A DNA stretch of 47,405 bases. Origin: Candidatus Brocadiia bacterium (GTDB taxonomy: Bacteria > Planctomycetota > Brocadiia > SM23-32). This document shows positions 37,776-46,585 of the stretch, piece after piece (within the stretch, counting starts at the first letter, position 1; the number at the start of each line of letters is the position of its first letter). The notes beneath the pieces are model-generated. The model worked only from the letters and a program-made list of their open reading frames with translations. It was not told the origin of the DNA and ran no database searches. The DNA lies in contig JBKHIT010000037.1 in the NCBI GenBank assembly GCA_046538485.1, positions 1-47,405 on the forward strand, read 5' to 3'. Both the position numbers and the translations under genes were made by a program.

Positions 37776-38158
37776 TGGAGGAGAGAGCTAAAGTGAAAGA
37801 AAAATGGCAGATGACCACTATCATGGTATTGCTGGCTCTCATTGTAGGCTATCTCGCGGGAAAGGCTTTTGTGCGCCCCGCAGAAGCTCAGATGAACGGT
37901 GAAGCCGGGAATGTTACCATCCTGATTGGTCCTGTTGACAATGGTGATATACCGGTCATGCTCCTGGACTCGCTGGCTCAGGCACTTGTTATCTACGAGT
38001 ACGATCTAAGCAGCAACCGGCTTGAACTGAAAAATGCGCGGACATATCGTTACGATAAAGCGCTCGCTCGATGGGGTATTGGCGATATGCGGCCGAGCGT
38101 TCGCGACACTCGCCAGCGTGTGCAAAAGTTGCAAGAGCAAGAAGACCGAGGCAGATAA
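37775..38158 (+). CDS. Small membrane-anchored/exported protein coupled to the secretin
   Basis: Start overlaps the secretin stop; TM IMVLLALIVGYLAG, beta-rich VMLLDSLAQALVIYEYDLSSNRLELKNARTYRYD. Confidence 0.7.
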   Translation: MEERAKVKEKWQMTTIMVLLALIVGYLAGKAFVRPAEAQMNGEAGNVTILIGPVDNGDIPVMLLDSLAQALVIYEYDLSSNRLELKNARTYRYDKALARWGIGDMRPSVRDTRQRVQKLQEQEDRGR

Positions 38159-38187
38159 ACTTTTTGAGCGATTTACTGTTTTTCCTG

Positions 38188-38218
38188 GCCGCTGATCCGA
38201 AAGGATCAGCGGCTTTTC
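38188..38218 (+). terminator. Intrinsic terminator ending the secretin operon
   Basis: GCCGCTGATCC-GAAA-GGATCAGCGGC followed by TTTTC. Confidence 0.85.
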
Positions 38219-38237
38219 TATTCGGAACAAGCAGCGA

Positions 38238-40805
38238 ATGGGACACACATATAAAGACTCGGTAACGCCAGTTATGTGGTATGGCGGAGCTGTTGCTGTG
38301 GTCGGGCAGACTATTCTTCTTCGGGAACTGATGGCGAGTTTTTACGGGACTGAGTTTGTATTGGGGGCAGTACTTGGCTGCTGGTTGATTTTTGTTCCTC
38401 TCGGAGCTATCACAGGTGGTCTGGCAGTCCGCTGGATAAGCCAGAAAGCGCTTCCTTTGCTCCTCTGCTGTTTCGGCGCGGGCATTTTTCTCCCAAGTCA
38501 GTTCATTGTGGCGCGATTGGTCCGGCAAATTCTGCCGTTTATGGGTTTTTGGCAGGGAGGAGCGGCGGGATTTGTTCCCATGGGACTCATTATATTTGGG
38601 GCTGCGATCAGTGCCGGCCCCCTGAGTTTTTGGGTTGGATTTTTATTTCCAGTTGCCTGTGAGTGGGAAGGGGAAATTTCTGGGACCGAAGGGCGTGTGA
38701 TCGGGCGGGTTTATATAGCAGAAGCACTCGGAAGCTGCGCGGCCGGATGTGCCCTCAGTTTTGTATTGCTCTCCTGTCAGTCTCCAGTTTCGATCGTTGT
38801 CCTCTCGGCGGGGATCTGGCTCTCTGTCGGCGGAATATGGGCCTTTGCACCGCGGTGGCGCGGGCTTGCTGGGCTTTCCGCAATTGGGCTGGGGATATGC
38901 TGGCTCATTGTCGCCATTTTAACTCGGGGAGGGGCGAAAAGTTTTGCGATAGTGCTCTCACTTTGGAGTTGCATTGCACTCCTTTTGTCCTGGCGAACAC
39001 GGACGCGCTACAATTTCCGGTCTGTCTGGGGGGTTGCGTTGCTCGGAGCCGGGTGTCTGAGCGGGCTTTTTCTCTTGCTCTTTAGTGGGGCTTTACGAGA
39101 GTGGAGCCTTAAAAAAAGATGGTCTACCTTCAGTTCTTTCAATCTGGTAGAAAGCATGGAAAGCCGATACCAGCACATAGATCTGGGGGAACGGGAAAGC
39201 ATGTGGGAAGTGAGACTCGACGGGGTTCGGAGTGGTGTCTTCCCGGATGAGCTTGATACAATGCGGGAGGCAGCAACATTATTGACTCAGCATCCGGATC
39301 CGCGGTCAATTCTTGTCATAGGGGAGGGATTAGGAGGATTGTGTCAGGATATCCTGCACGCTGGAGACCGGAAAGTGGATTACGTGGGGATTGATCCATT
39401 ATTAATTTCTGTATACCGGCAGCATCTTCCAGAGGGACTGATCAAACCCTTGAGATCCCCCGCGTTCGCGGCTTTCGCTTGCGATGGACGGCATTTTTTG
39501 CGAGAAATACGAGAGGACTCGGCAAAAATAGTCAGTTACGCTGTCTCGATGGGCCCCAATAACTTCCGAACAACTCCTGCAGCTCCTTATGATATAGTTC
39601 TGGTAAATTTGGGTGACCCGACCTCGGTGGCTGACAACCGCTATTTCACGCGGGAGTTTTTCCGGGGGATACGGGGTGTTTTGAGCGATAAAGGGGTTGT
39701 GGCAGTTTGGAGCCTTTCTGGAGACTCCAATTATCTGGAAGGACCTGTATTGCGGTACAACGCCTCATTTTTCCGTACCTTGCGTGAGGTGTTTCCACGG
39801 GTGATCGTTCAGCCCGGCGAAAGTTATTTCAGGTATTTTGGGGGGGGGGTTGGGATGCCAACTGATGACCCTGATATTCTAAAGGAACGTTTTGACAGAC
39901 TCGGGTTGAAACCGCAATTGATGCGATACATGTTTGAGAACGAGGTTTTCAGGAAGAATCGCGTGCAGTACGTGAGATCCCAGCTTGTGGGAGCCGTTGA
40001 AAGTGCAGAAGTAAATACAAACCAGAGACCCGTTGGTTGGACGTTGTACCTTGCCGTGTGGGAAGACTCGATTAGTGCGGGTCTCGCTGCGAGAGATGAA
40101 AAAGACGATGTCAGAGATTACAAATTTTTTGAATCGGTTCAAAACGTATCCCCCCTCGTTATTCTGGTGCCAATCGGAGTCACTTTTTTCATTTTGTTGG
40201 TCGGAAGTTTTGTGCGGCCGAAAGAAATGGGTAAAAAGACTGCGGGGGCGTTTTCAATCCTGACCACGGGTGTTTTTGGCCTGTCAGCAAATATGCTGGT
40301 GATTTATACGTACCAGGCATATTTCGGCTACGTATACCGCGATATCAGTGTGATTGCCGGGACCTTTATGGCGGGATTGGCCATCGGTGCCCGCATTGCG
40401 GAGCGGGCAAAACACCTGGAAACGGGCAAATTGCTGATGTTTCTAGAAGGCACACAGATAGTTTTTTTACTCAGTTTCCCGGTGATGTCGCAATCTTTAA
40501 GTGGGCACCCAATTCTATTGATTTTGCTGTCCCCGGTCGCCGGGATTCTAACTGGCGCCGAGTTTCCTCTCGCGTGCTATCTGAGTTCAGATTCAAGTGC
40601 CAGAGTTGGGACAACGGCCAGTTTGTTCGACGCTTCTGATCACCTGGGAGCTCTGATTGGTGCGGCATTGACAGGACTGGTCTTGATGCCGGCTTTCGGG
40701 GTGAAAGCAAGTGGTATAATTCTGGCTGGAGTGAAGATGTTCAGTCTTTTTTTGCTGTTAATAGTGCGGTCGAAATACCGGGGAATTGCCGATCTGTCGC
40801 TCTGA
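38238..40805 (+). CDS. Fused membrane (MFS-like) / spermidine synthase-like protein
   Basis: TM blocks with QTILLRELMASFYGTE and RVYIAEALGS; soluble domain ESRYQHI, PRSILVIGEGLGG, DGRHFL, YDIVLVNLGDP, NRYFTREFF; C-terminal TM block. Confidence 0.82.
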   Translation: MGHTYKDSVTPVMWYGGAVAVVGQTILLRELMASFYGTEFVLGAVLGCWLIFVPLGAITGGLAVRWISQKALPLLLCCFGAGIFLPSQFIVARLVRQILPFMGFWQGGAAGFVPMGLIIFGAAISAGPLSFWVGFLFPVACEWEGEISGTEGRVIGRVYIAEALGSCAAGCALSFVLLSCQSPVSIVVLSAGIWLSVGGIWAFAPRWRGLAGLSAIGLGICWLIVAILTRGGAKSFAIVLSLWSCIALLLSWRTRTRYNFRSVWGVALLGAGCLSGLFLLLFSGALREWSLKKRWSTFSSFNLVESMESRYQHIDLGERESMWEVRLDGVRSGVFPDELDTMREAATLLTQHPDPRSILVIGEGLGGLCQDILHAGDRKVDYVGIDPLLISVYRQHLPEGLIKPLRSPAFAAFACDGRHFLREIREDSAKIVSYAVSMGPNNFRTTPAAPYDIVLVNLGDPTSVADNRYFTREFFRGIRGVLSDKGVVAVWSLSGDSNYLEGPVLRYNASFFRTLREVFPRVIVQPGESYFRYFGGGVGMPTDDPDILKERFDRLGLKPQLMRYMFENEVFRKNRVQYVRSQLVGAVESAEVNTNQRPVGWTLYLAVWEDSISAGLAARDEKDDVRDYKFFESVQNVSPLVILVPIGVTFFILLVGSFVRPKEMGKKTAGAFSILTTGVFGLSANMLVIYTYQAYFGYVYRDISVIAGTFMAGLAIGARIAERAKHLETGKLLMFLEGTQIVFLLSFPVMSQSLSGHPILLILLSPVAGILTGAEFPLACYLSSDSSARVGTTASLFDASDHLGALIGAALTGLVLMPAFGVKASGIILAGVKMFSLFLLLIVRSKYRGIADLSL

Positions 40806-40920
40806 ATCACTTATGTCGTTACGGCCATATTCAGTCCTGCGAATGGAAGATGAGGAGCTTCGAGACGCTGATCGCGCGGCTTGAGCCTGATATGCCCTTT
40901 TGCAATACTTGCCCTGAGGC

Positions 40921-40949
40921 TTGACGCGGATACCACCCCCCTCTATCAT
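40921..40949 (+). promoter_or_regulatory. Putative sigma70-type promoter for sppA
   Basis: TTGACG-17 bp-TATCAT; AAGGAG RBS-like sequence before ATG 40982. Confidence 0.6.
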
Positions 40950-40981
40950 ACAAATTGAGCACTTTGAGAAAGGAGCGAGGT

Positions 40982-42805
40982 ATGAGACGTAAATCAACCC
41001 GAATGATCACAGCTTTCCTGGTAGTCGTGTGGACATTTTTTGTGGGGCAGCCCGTTCGTTCCGGTCAACAGGAAGTCAGGATTGGCCCTGCGGATGATGG
41101 CGCACTGGCGCCGATACGTTACGCGGAAATAGAAATCGAAGGGCCAATTCTCGAGGCGTTTCCTGAAGTCTACCTGATGGAACCAAATTTGCCGACGATT
41201 CACAATCTCGTCTCGCGAATTAAGAAAGCAGCGACGGATAAATCTGTGGACGGATTAATTATCAAGGTCGGCCCGATTGATGCGGGATGGGGAAAAGTTC
41301 AGGAACTTCGAGATGCCATTGCGAAGTGCCAGGAGGCACAAAAAGCTGTAATCTGTTTTTTGCAGGGCGGTAGCAATACGGAATATTATCTGGCGAGTTG
41401 TGCCGATCAGGTGGTGATGATGCCCGGTGGGTCCTTGTTGCTGACCGGATTGCGAGCCGAGGTGATGTTTGTGAAAGGGTTGCTGGAGAAGATTGGGGTG
41501 AAGGGACAAATAGTGCAGGTGGGGGAATTTAAGGGAGCTGCCGAAACTTTCAGCCGCATGTCTGCCTCACAGTCGTTTCGTGAGTCCATGAATGCTCTGC
41601 TCGATAGTTATTACCGACAGTTCATCGGGGGGATGGCGAAGGGACGGAATATGAAGGAAGCTGAGATGCGTAACGTGGTTAATAAAGGTCCATATACCGC
41701 ACCTCGTGCTGAAGCCAGTGGCCTTGTCGACGGTTTGATGTTCTACGATGAGTTGCTTGAGAAAATCAAGAAAAAAGAAAAGGTCCCTTTGTTGCTAACG
41801 AAAGATTACGGTCAGAAAAAACAGAAATTGCCGCTCGGTTCGACCCCACAAAAAATAATGAAAACGATCCTCGGTATGGGCGGAGGCGGATTGCCGCAAA
41901 AAGGTTTTCCCGGCGGAACCTCCATTGCTGTGGTTCACGCCGTAGGGCCCATTGTGCAACAGAGCCCGAAACAGGTTTCAGTCGGAGAGTCGGTGATCAA
42001 TGCGGCCAGAATGGTCAAATTATTGCGCCGGCTCAGGAAACGTGACAATGTCAAGGCCGTGGTTTTGAGAGTGGACAGCCCGGGCGGAAGTGCGGTTGCC
42101 AGTGACATGATCTGGCACGAGTTGAGAGCGGCCGACAAAACAAAACCCGTGGTTGCCTCGATGTCGGATGTGGCGGGTTCCGGCGGATATTATATCGCCA
42201 GCGGTGCACGTCATATTTTTGCCCATGAGGGCACAATAACAGGTTCCATCGGGGTTGTAGGGGGCAAGTTTGTTATGAAAGGACTTTTCGATAAAATCGG
42301 AGTGAATGTCGATGTCTTTGAACGGGGAGACAATGCCGGGCTTCTGTCGTCTATTGAAGAGTTTTCAGATTCTGAAGAAAAAAGATTCCGGCAGCTGCTG
42401 GAACAGACCTACGATTTGTTTGTGCAACGTGTGGCGAAATCACGTGGTGCGTCACAAGAAGAAATCGAAAAATGGGCAGCCGGACGAGCAATGACGGGGG
42501 CCCAGGCCAAAAAGGGGAATCTTATAGATGAAATTGGCGGCCTTGCAAAGGCTTTGGAGAAGGCGCGGGAACTGGCAGGTATTGACGTTGAAACGGATGT
42601 TGAAATTGTCCATCTTCCGAAATCTCAAAGTATCCTGGAAGTTATGATGGTGGGTCGGGATCCCGGTGTTATAACTCCGCAATTAAAAATGTCTGAACTC
42701 GGACCCCGGCAGTTGCGCGCCGCACTGTCGTATTTGCGTGGCATGTCTTGCCTTGACAGCAATCAGCCCGCGGCGCTGATGCCAGGCTGGATTACAATTC
42801 GCTGA
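40982..42805 (+). CDS. sppA: Signal peptide peptidase SppA (67-kDa type, two S49 domains)
   Basis: YYLASCAD, GEFKGAAETF, VVLRVDSPGGSAVASD, SMSDVAGSGGYYIA, TITGSIGV, GRAMTGAQA. Confidence 0.93.
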   Translation: MRRKSTRMITAFLVVVWTFFVGQPVRSGQQEVRIGPADDGALAPIRYAEIEIEGPILEAFPEVYLMEPNLPTIHNLVSRIKKAATDKSVDGLIIKVGPIDAGWGKVQELRDAIAKCQEAQKAVICFLQGGSNTEYYLASCADQVVMMPGGSLLLTGLRAEVMFVKGLLEKIGVKGQIVQVGEFKGAAETFSRMSASQSFRESMNALLDSYYRQFIGGMAKGRNMKEAEMRNVVNKGPYTAPRAEASGLVDGLMFYDELLEKIKKKEKVPLLLTKDYGQKKQKLPLGSTPQKIMKTILGMGGGGLPQKGFPGGTSIAVVHAVGPIVQQSPKQVSVGESVINAARMVKLLRRLRKRDNVKAVVLRVDSPGGSAVASDMIWHELRAADKTKPVVASMSDVAGSGGYYIASGARHIFAHEGTITGSIGVVGGKFVMKGLFDKIGVNVDVFERGDNAGLLSSIEEFSDSEEKRFRQLLEQTYDLFVQRVAKSRGASQEEIEKWAAGRAMTGAQAKKGNLIDEIGGLAKALEKARELAGIDVETDVEIVHLPKSQSILEVMMVGRDPGVITPQLKMSELGPRQLRAALSYLRGMSCLDSNQPAALMPGWITIR

Positions 42806-42850
42806 AATACGATCTTCTCAAGAACCGCTTTTGAACCGCGGGAATTCTAA

Positions 42851-43654
42851 ATGGATCATCTGAGTAAACTCGAAAATAGCAGTATTTACATTATACGCGA
42901 AGCATACGAACAGTTTGACCATATCGGCGCGTTGTGGTCGGTCGGGAAAGACTCCACCACACTGATCTGGCTCTGCGCCAAAGCTTTCTTCGGCGAAATT
43001 CCTTTCCCGGTGGTCTATATCGACACCTCCCATCATTTCCAGGAAATGTATGATTTCCGGGATGAACAGGTGAAAAAATTGGATCTGGATCTGATCGTCG
43101 CCCGAAACGATGAAGCGCTGGAACGCGGCGTGGGCCCGCACGGCGGAAGTAAATTGGAATGCTGCAACGAACTCAAAACAAACGCGCTCAAAGCCTGTAT
43201 CGCCGAACATCAAATTGAAGCCCTCCTGCTCGGCATCCGCCGCGACGAACACGGTATCCGCGCCAAGGAACGGTATTTCTCGCCGCGGGATAGCCAGTTT
43301 CGCTGGGATTACGAAAACCAGCCGCCCGAACTCTGGGATCAATACACCAGCCAGGAAGACGAAGAGTATCACACCCGGGTTCATCCGATCCTCGAATGGC
43401 GCGAACTCGATGTATGGCTCTACATCCAGCGGGAAAATCTACCCGTCAACCCGCTCTATTTCGCCCGGGATGGCGAGCGGTACCGAAGTCTGGGCTGTGA
43501 AACCTGTACCTCTCCCGTGGCATCAAACGCGAGCAATGTCGACAAGATAATCGCGGAAATCAGAACCGGCGATACCGCCGAGCGCGCCGGCCGCGCCCAG
43601 GATAAGGAAGATGTTGACACGATGCAAAAACTCAGGGCGCTGGGGTATATGTGA
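42851..43654 (+). CDS. cysD: Sulfate adenylyltransferase subunit 2
   Basis: LENSSIYIIREA, WSVGKDS, RRDEHGIRAKERYFSPR, QPPELW, RVHPILEW, YRSLGC, LRALGYM. Confidence 0.93.
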   Translation: MDHLSKLENSSIYIIREAYEQFDHIGALWSVGKDSTTLIWLCAKAFFGEIPFPVVYIDTSHHFQEMYDFRDEQVKKLDLDLIVARNDEALERGVGPHGGSKLECCNELKTNALKACIAEHQIEALLLGIRRDEHGIRAKERYFSPRDSQFRWDYENQPPELWDQYTSQEDEEYHTRVHPILEWRELDVWLYIQRENLPVNPLYFARDGERYRSLGCETCTSPVASNASNVDKIIAEIRTGDTAERAGRAQDKEDVDTMQKLRALGYM

Positions 43655-43855
43655 CAAATCTAGGCGCCGCCGAAATTTACCACAAACCAGCCAAACAAGG
43701 AAACGTCCCCTCCAGCCCTGCGCCGGAGGAACGGATGATTGGCCACTACGTAACTCGTCCGGCAAACGTGCTCTCGGCCCCCCTCTCAACTCATAACTCT
43801 CTCCAGTCCGTAATCAGTTCACTCACAACTCAAGCCTGCTCCGGAGCCTCCTCCC

Positions 43856-45091
43856 ATGCGCAAACGCAACGCCCTCAAACTCGTCCTGGTCGGTTCGGTC
43901 GATCACGGGAAATCCACGATGATCGGCCGGCTTTTCCACGACACCGATTCGCTGCCCGACGGCAAACTCGAGGAAATCCGTGCCGCTTCCGAACGTGAGG
44001 GTCGCGACCTCGAATTCGGTTTCATCATGGATCATCTTACCGAAGAACGCGAGCGCGGCATCACCATTGATACGGCCCAGGCGTTTTTCGCTACCGACAA
44101 ACGCGATTACGTCATCATCGATGCTCCCGGCCACAAAGAGTTCCTCAAGAATATGATCACCGGCGCATCCCAGGCCGATGTCGCTATCCTGATCTGCGGC
44201 GCCTACGAGGGAGTTGAAGAACAGACCCGTCGCCACGCCTACGTGCTCAAACTCCTCGGGATCGACCAGACGATCGTGGCTTACAACAAAATGGACCTCG
44301 TGGGCTACGATCGGCACCGGTTCGAAGAAGTCCAGTCCGATCTGCTCCAGTTTCTCGAGCGCATTGGCGTCGACCCTCGCCTGGAGATCCCTATCAGCGC
44401 GAAACTCGGTGATAACGTCGCGGGCCGGTCAGAAAACATGCCATGGTATGAAGGCCCCACGATTCTGGGAGCCCTCGATCAGTTCGAAAAAACCGCCCAA
44501 CCCGTCAATAAACCCGTCCGTTTCCCCATTCAGGACGTCTATGAAGTCGGCGGGGAACGCCTCGCCGTGGGACGCGTCGAAAGCGGCACGCTCGAACGCG
44601 GCGCCGAATTGACATTCCTGCCCGGCCAATCCCGACGCAGAATTGCCGAAATTAGAAAATACCAGGAAACGGATCTCGCGAAAGCCGAGCCCGGCGAATG
44701 TATCGGTGTACTTTTCGAAAAAGACGGGGCTAAACGGGGGGAAGTCGGCTGTCCTCCTGATTCCCAGCCCCGTCTGGCCGATACAGTCCAGGCCAACGTC
44801 TTCTGGATGATGCCCGAAGCGCTGCATCGTGGCGAAAATCTTTCCATCCGTTGCGCTACCCAGGAGAAATCCTGCAGGGTCACCTCAATCCGGGAGAGAA
44901 TTGACTCCGGCACACTTGAGCACATCGCCCGCGATGCCGAGGAACTGGCGGATACGGAAGTGGGCGAAGTCACAATCCAGACCGAAACGCCGATCGTCAC
45001 TGAACCGTTCAGCGAGATTCCCGAACTCGGGCGTTTCGTGCTGCTCCGCGGGCAGGATGTGGTCGGTGGTGGTATCGTCACCGGTTCTTGA
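43856..45091 (+). CDS. cysN: Sulfate adenylyltransferase subunit 1 (GTPase), no fused APS kinase
   Basis: GSVDHGKSTMIGRL, ERERGITID, DAPGHKEFLKNMITGASQAD, NKMD, LGRFVL. Confidence 0.93.
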   Translation: MRKRNALKLVLVGSVDHGKSTMIGRLFHDTDSLPDGKLEEIRAASEREGRDLEFGFIMDHLTEERERGITIDTAQAFFATDKRDYVIIDAPGHKEFLKNMITGASQADVAILICGAYEGVEEQTRRHAYVLKLLGIDQTIVAYNKMDLVGYDRHRFEEVQSDLLQFLERIGVDPRLEIPISAKLGDNVAGRSENMPWYEGPTILGALDQFEKTAQPVNKPVRFPIQDVYEVGGERLAVGRVESGTLERGAELTFLPGQSRRRIAEIRKYQETDLAKAEPGECIGVLFEKDGAKRGEVGCPPDSQPRLADTVQANVFWMMPEALHRGENLSIRCATQEKSCRVTSIRERIDSGTLEHIARDAEELADTEVGEVTIQTETPIVTEPFSEIPELGRFVLLRGQDVVGGGIVTGS

Positions 45092-45139
45092 ACCGGCTAC
45101 ATCGGGCAACCCAACCTGATTTGACCCAGAGGAAAAGTC

Positions 45140-46447
45140 ATGATCTTCGGTTTTGGGAGCAAAAAGAAAATATTCGGTATCGGTCTTGACGGATTTCCGC
45201 ATTCCCTGGCCACCCGCCTGATGGAAGAAGGCCACATGCCCAACCTGCAGCGGCTCGCGGCCGAGGGCACATTCCGGGAAATCAACAGCGTCTACCCGAC
45301 CGTCAGTAACGTGGCATGGGGATGCTGGCAGACCGGCGTCTCGCCGGCCGAGCTGGGAGTGTTCGGATTCGTCGAACTCGACTCCGACCTGAGCCTGCGT
45401 ATCCCAAATGCACGCGACATGAAAGCAACCACGATCTGGGAGAAGATGACAAAGAAAAAACGCCCGATCGTATCCCTGAGCGTCCCAATGACCTGGCCGG
45501 CACCCGAGGTGGAAGGACTTCTGGTGAGCGGATTTCTCGCGCCGAAACTCGACGAGCGAGCGGTTTCAAGCCCCGAGGTTCTGCGTAAACTGCGGTGGAC
45601 AATGTATGAAATCGACACAGATCCCGCCCTCGCCCACCAATCGCTCGATGATTTTCAGGAAGCGCACGAGCAAGTCAGCACCCGCCGTCAAACCACCGCC
45701 CTGGAACTGATGGAAAGTGAAGAGTGGGACCTGTTTTTCGTGCATGTGATGGATACCGATCGGATTAACCATTTCATGTGGGAATATCAGCATGAACCCG
45801 AAAGCCCGCGCGGACGTTATTTCCACGAATTCTACGAACAAATTGACGATTTCATCGGCCGGGTGGCAGAAAAACTGGACGATGATACCGAGCTGCTTAT
45901 CCACAGCGATCACGGGTTCTGCGATCTCAAATGGGAAGTCCAGCTTAATCGCTGGCTCCGGGAACAGGGCTACCTCGAGCTGGAAGATGAAATCGATCCC
46001 CGTAATCCATTCCAGTCCATAAAACCCGACTCCCGGGCTTTCTCGCTGGTGCCGGGCCGGATTTACATACTTACCAAAAATCGCTGGGAAACAGGGCAGG
46101 TCTCTGACGTGCAATACGAAGGTTTGCGGGAGGAGATCGCCGGGAAACTTGAAAGTTTCGCCCACCCTGAATTCGGCGAATCGGTCTGCAGGAAAATTAT
46201 GACCCGCGAAGAGGCTTTCAAAGGCCGTTATTCCCACCTGGCCCCGGATCTTCTGGTCGATCCTCAGAATGGCTACGATTTGAAAGCCAAACTCGGGGAC
46301 GGACCGGTTTTCGAACGCGGAGTGTTGAACGGCATGCATACTTACGACGATGCAATGCTGGTAGCCAGTGAGGGGCTGGAAAACACCGCAAAATCGGAGA
46401 ATGTTCGTGAAATAGGTGCCAATCTCGCGCGGTATCTGGTGGGCTGA
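45140..46447 (+). CDS. Alkaline phosphatase superfamily protein (type I phosphodiesterase/nucleotide pyrophosphatase-like)
   Basis: GIGLDG, MPNLQRL, SVYPTVSNVAW, TDRINHFMW, HSDHGF, APDLLV, GMH. Confidence 0.88.
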   Translation: MIFGFGSKKKIFGIGLDGFPHSLATRLMEEGHMPNLQRLAAEGTFREINSVYPTVSNVAWGCWQTGVSPAELGVFGFVELDSDLSLRIPNARDMKATTIWEKMTKKKRPIVSLSVPMTWPAPEVEGLLVSGFLAPKLDERAVSSPEVLRKLRWTMYEIDTDPALAHQSLDDFQEAHEQVSTRRQTTALELMESEEWDLFFVHVMDTDRINHFMWEYQHEPESPRGRYFHEFYEQIDDFIGRVAEKLDDDTELLIHSDHGFCDLKWEVQLNRWLREQGYLELEDEIDPRNPFQSIKPDSRAFSLVPGRIYILTKNRWETGQVSDVQYEGLREEIAGKLESFAHPEFGESVCRKIMTREEAFKGRYSHLAPDLLVDPQNGYDLKAKLGDGPVFERGVLNGMHTYDDAMLVASEGLENTAKSENVREIGANLARYLVG

Positions 46448-46585
46448 CAGTCCACCGCAGATCTCCTCCGAGAAGGTGGCGACCGTACGGCAGTTCATAG
46501 TTGAGTCCATAGGCTACCGCCGATCGTGCGTTTGTGAGCTACACCACGGGGGGCCATACTTTTCCACGACGAGCGCGTCAGTGCC

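Noticed and set aside
43651..43998. 115-aa ORF between cysD and cysN as a real gene
   Set aside because: Runs 143 bp out of frame into cysN and is low-complexity; kept only as a possible remnant
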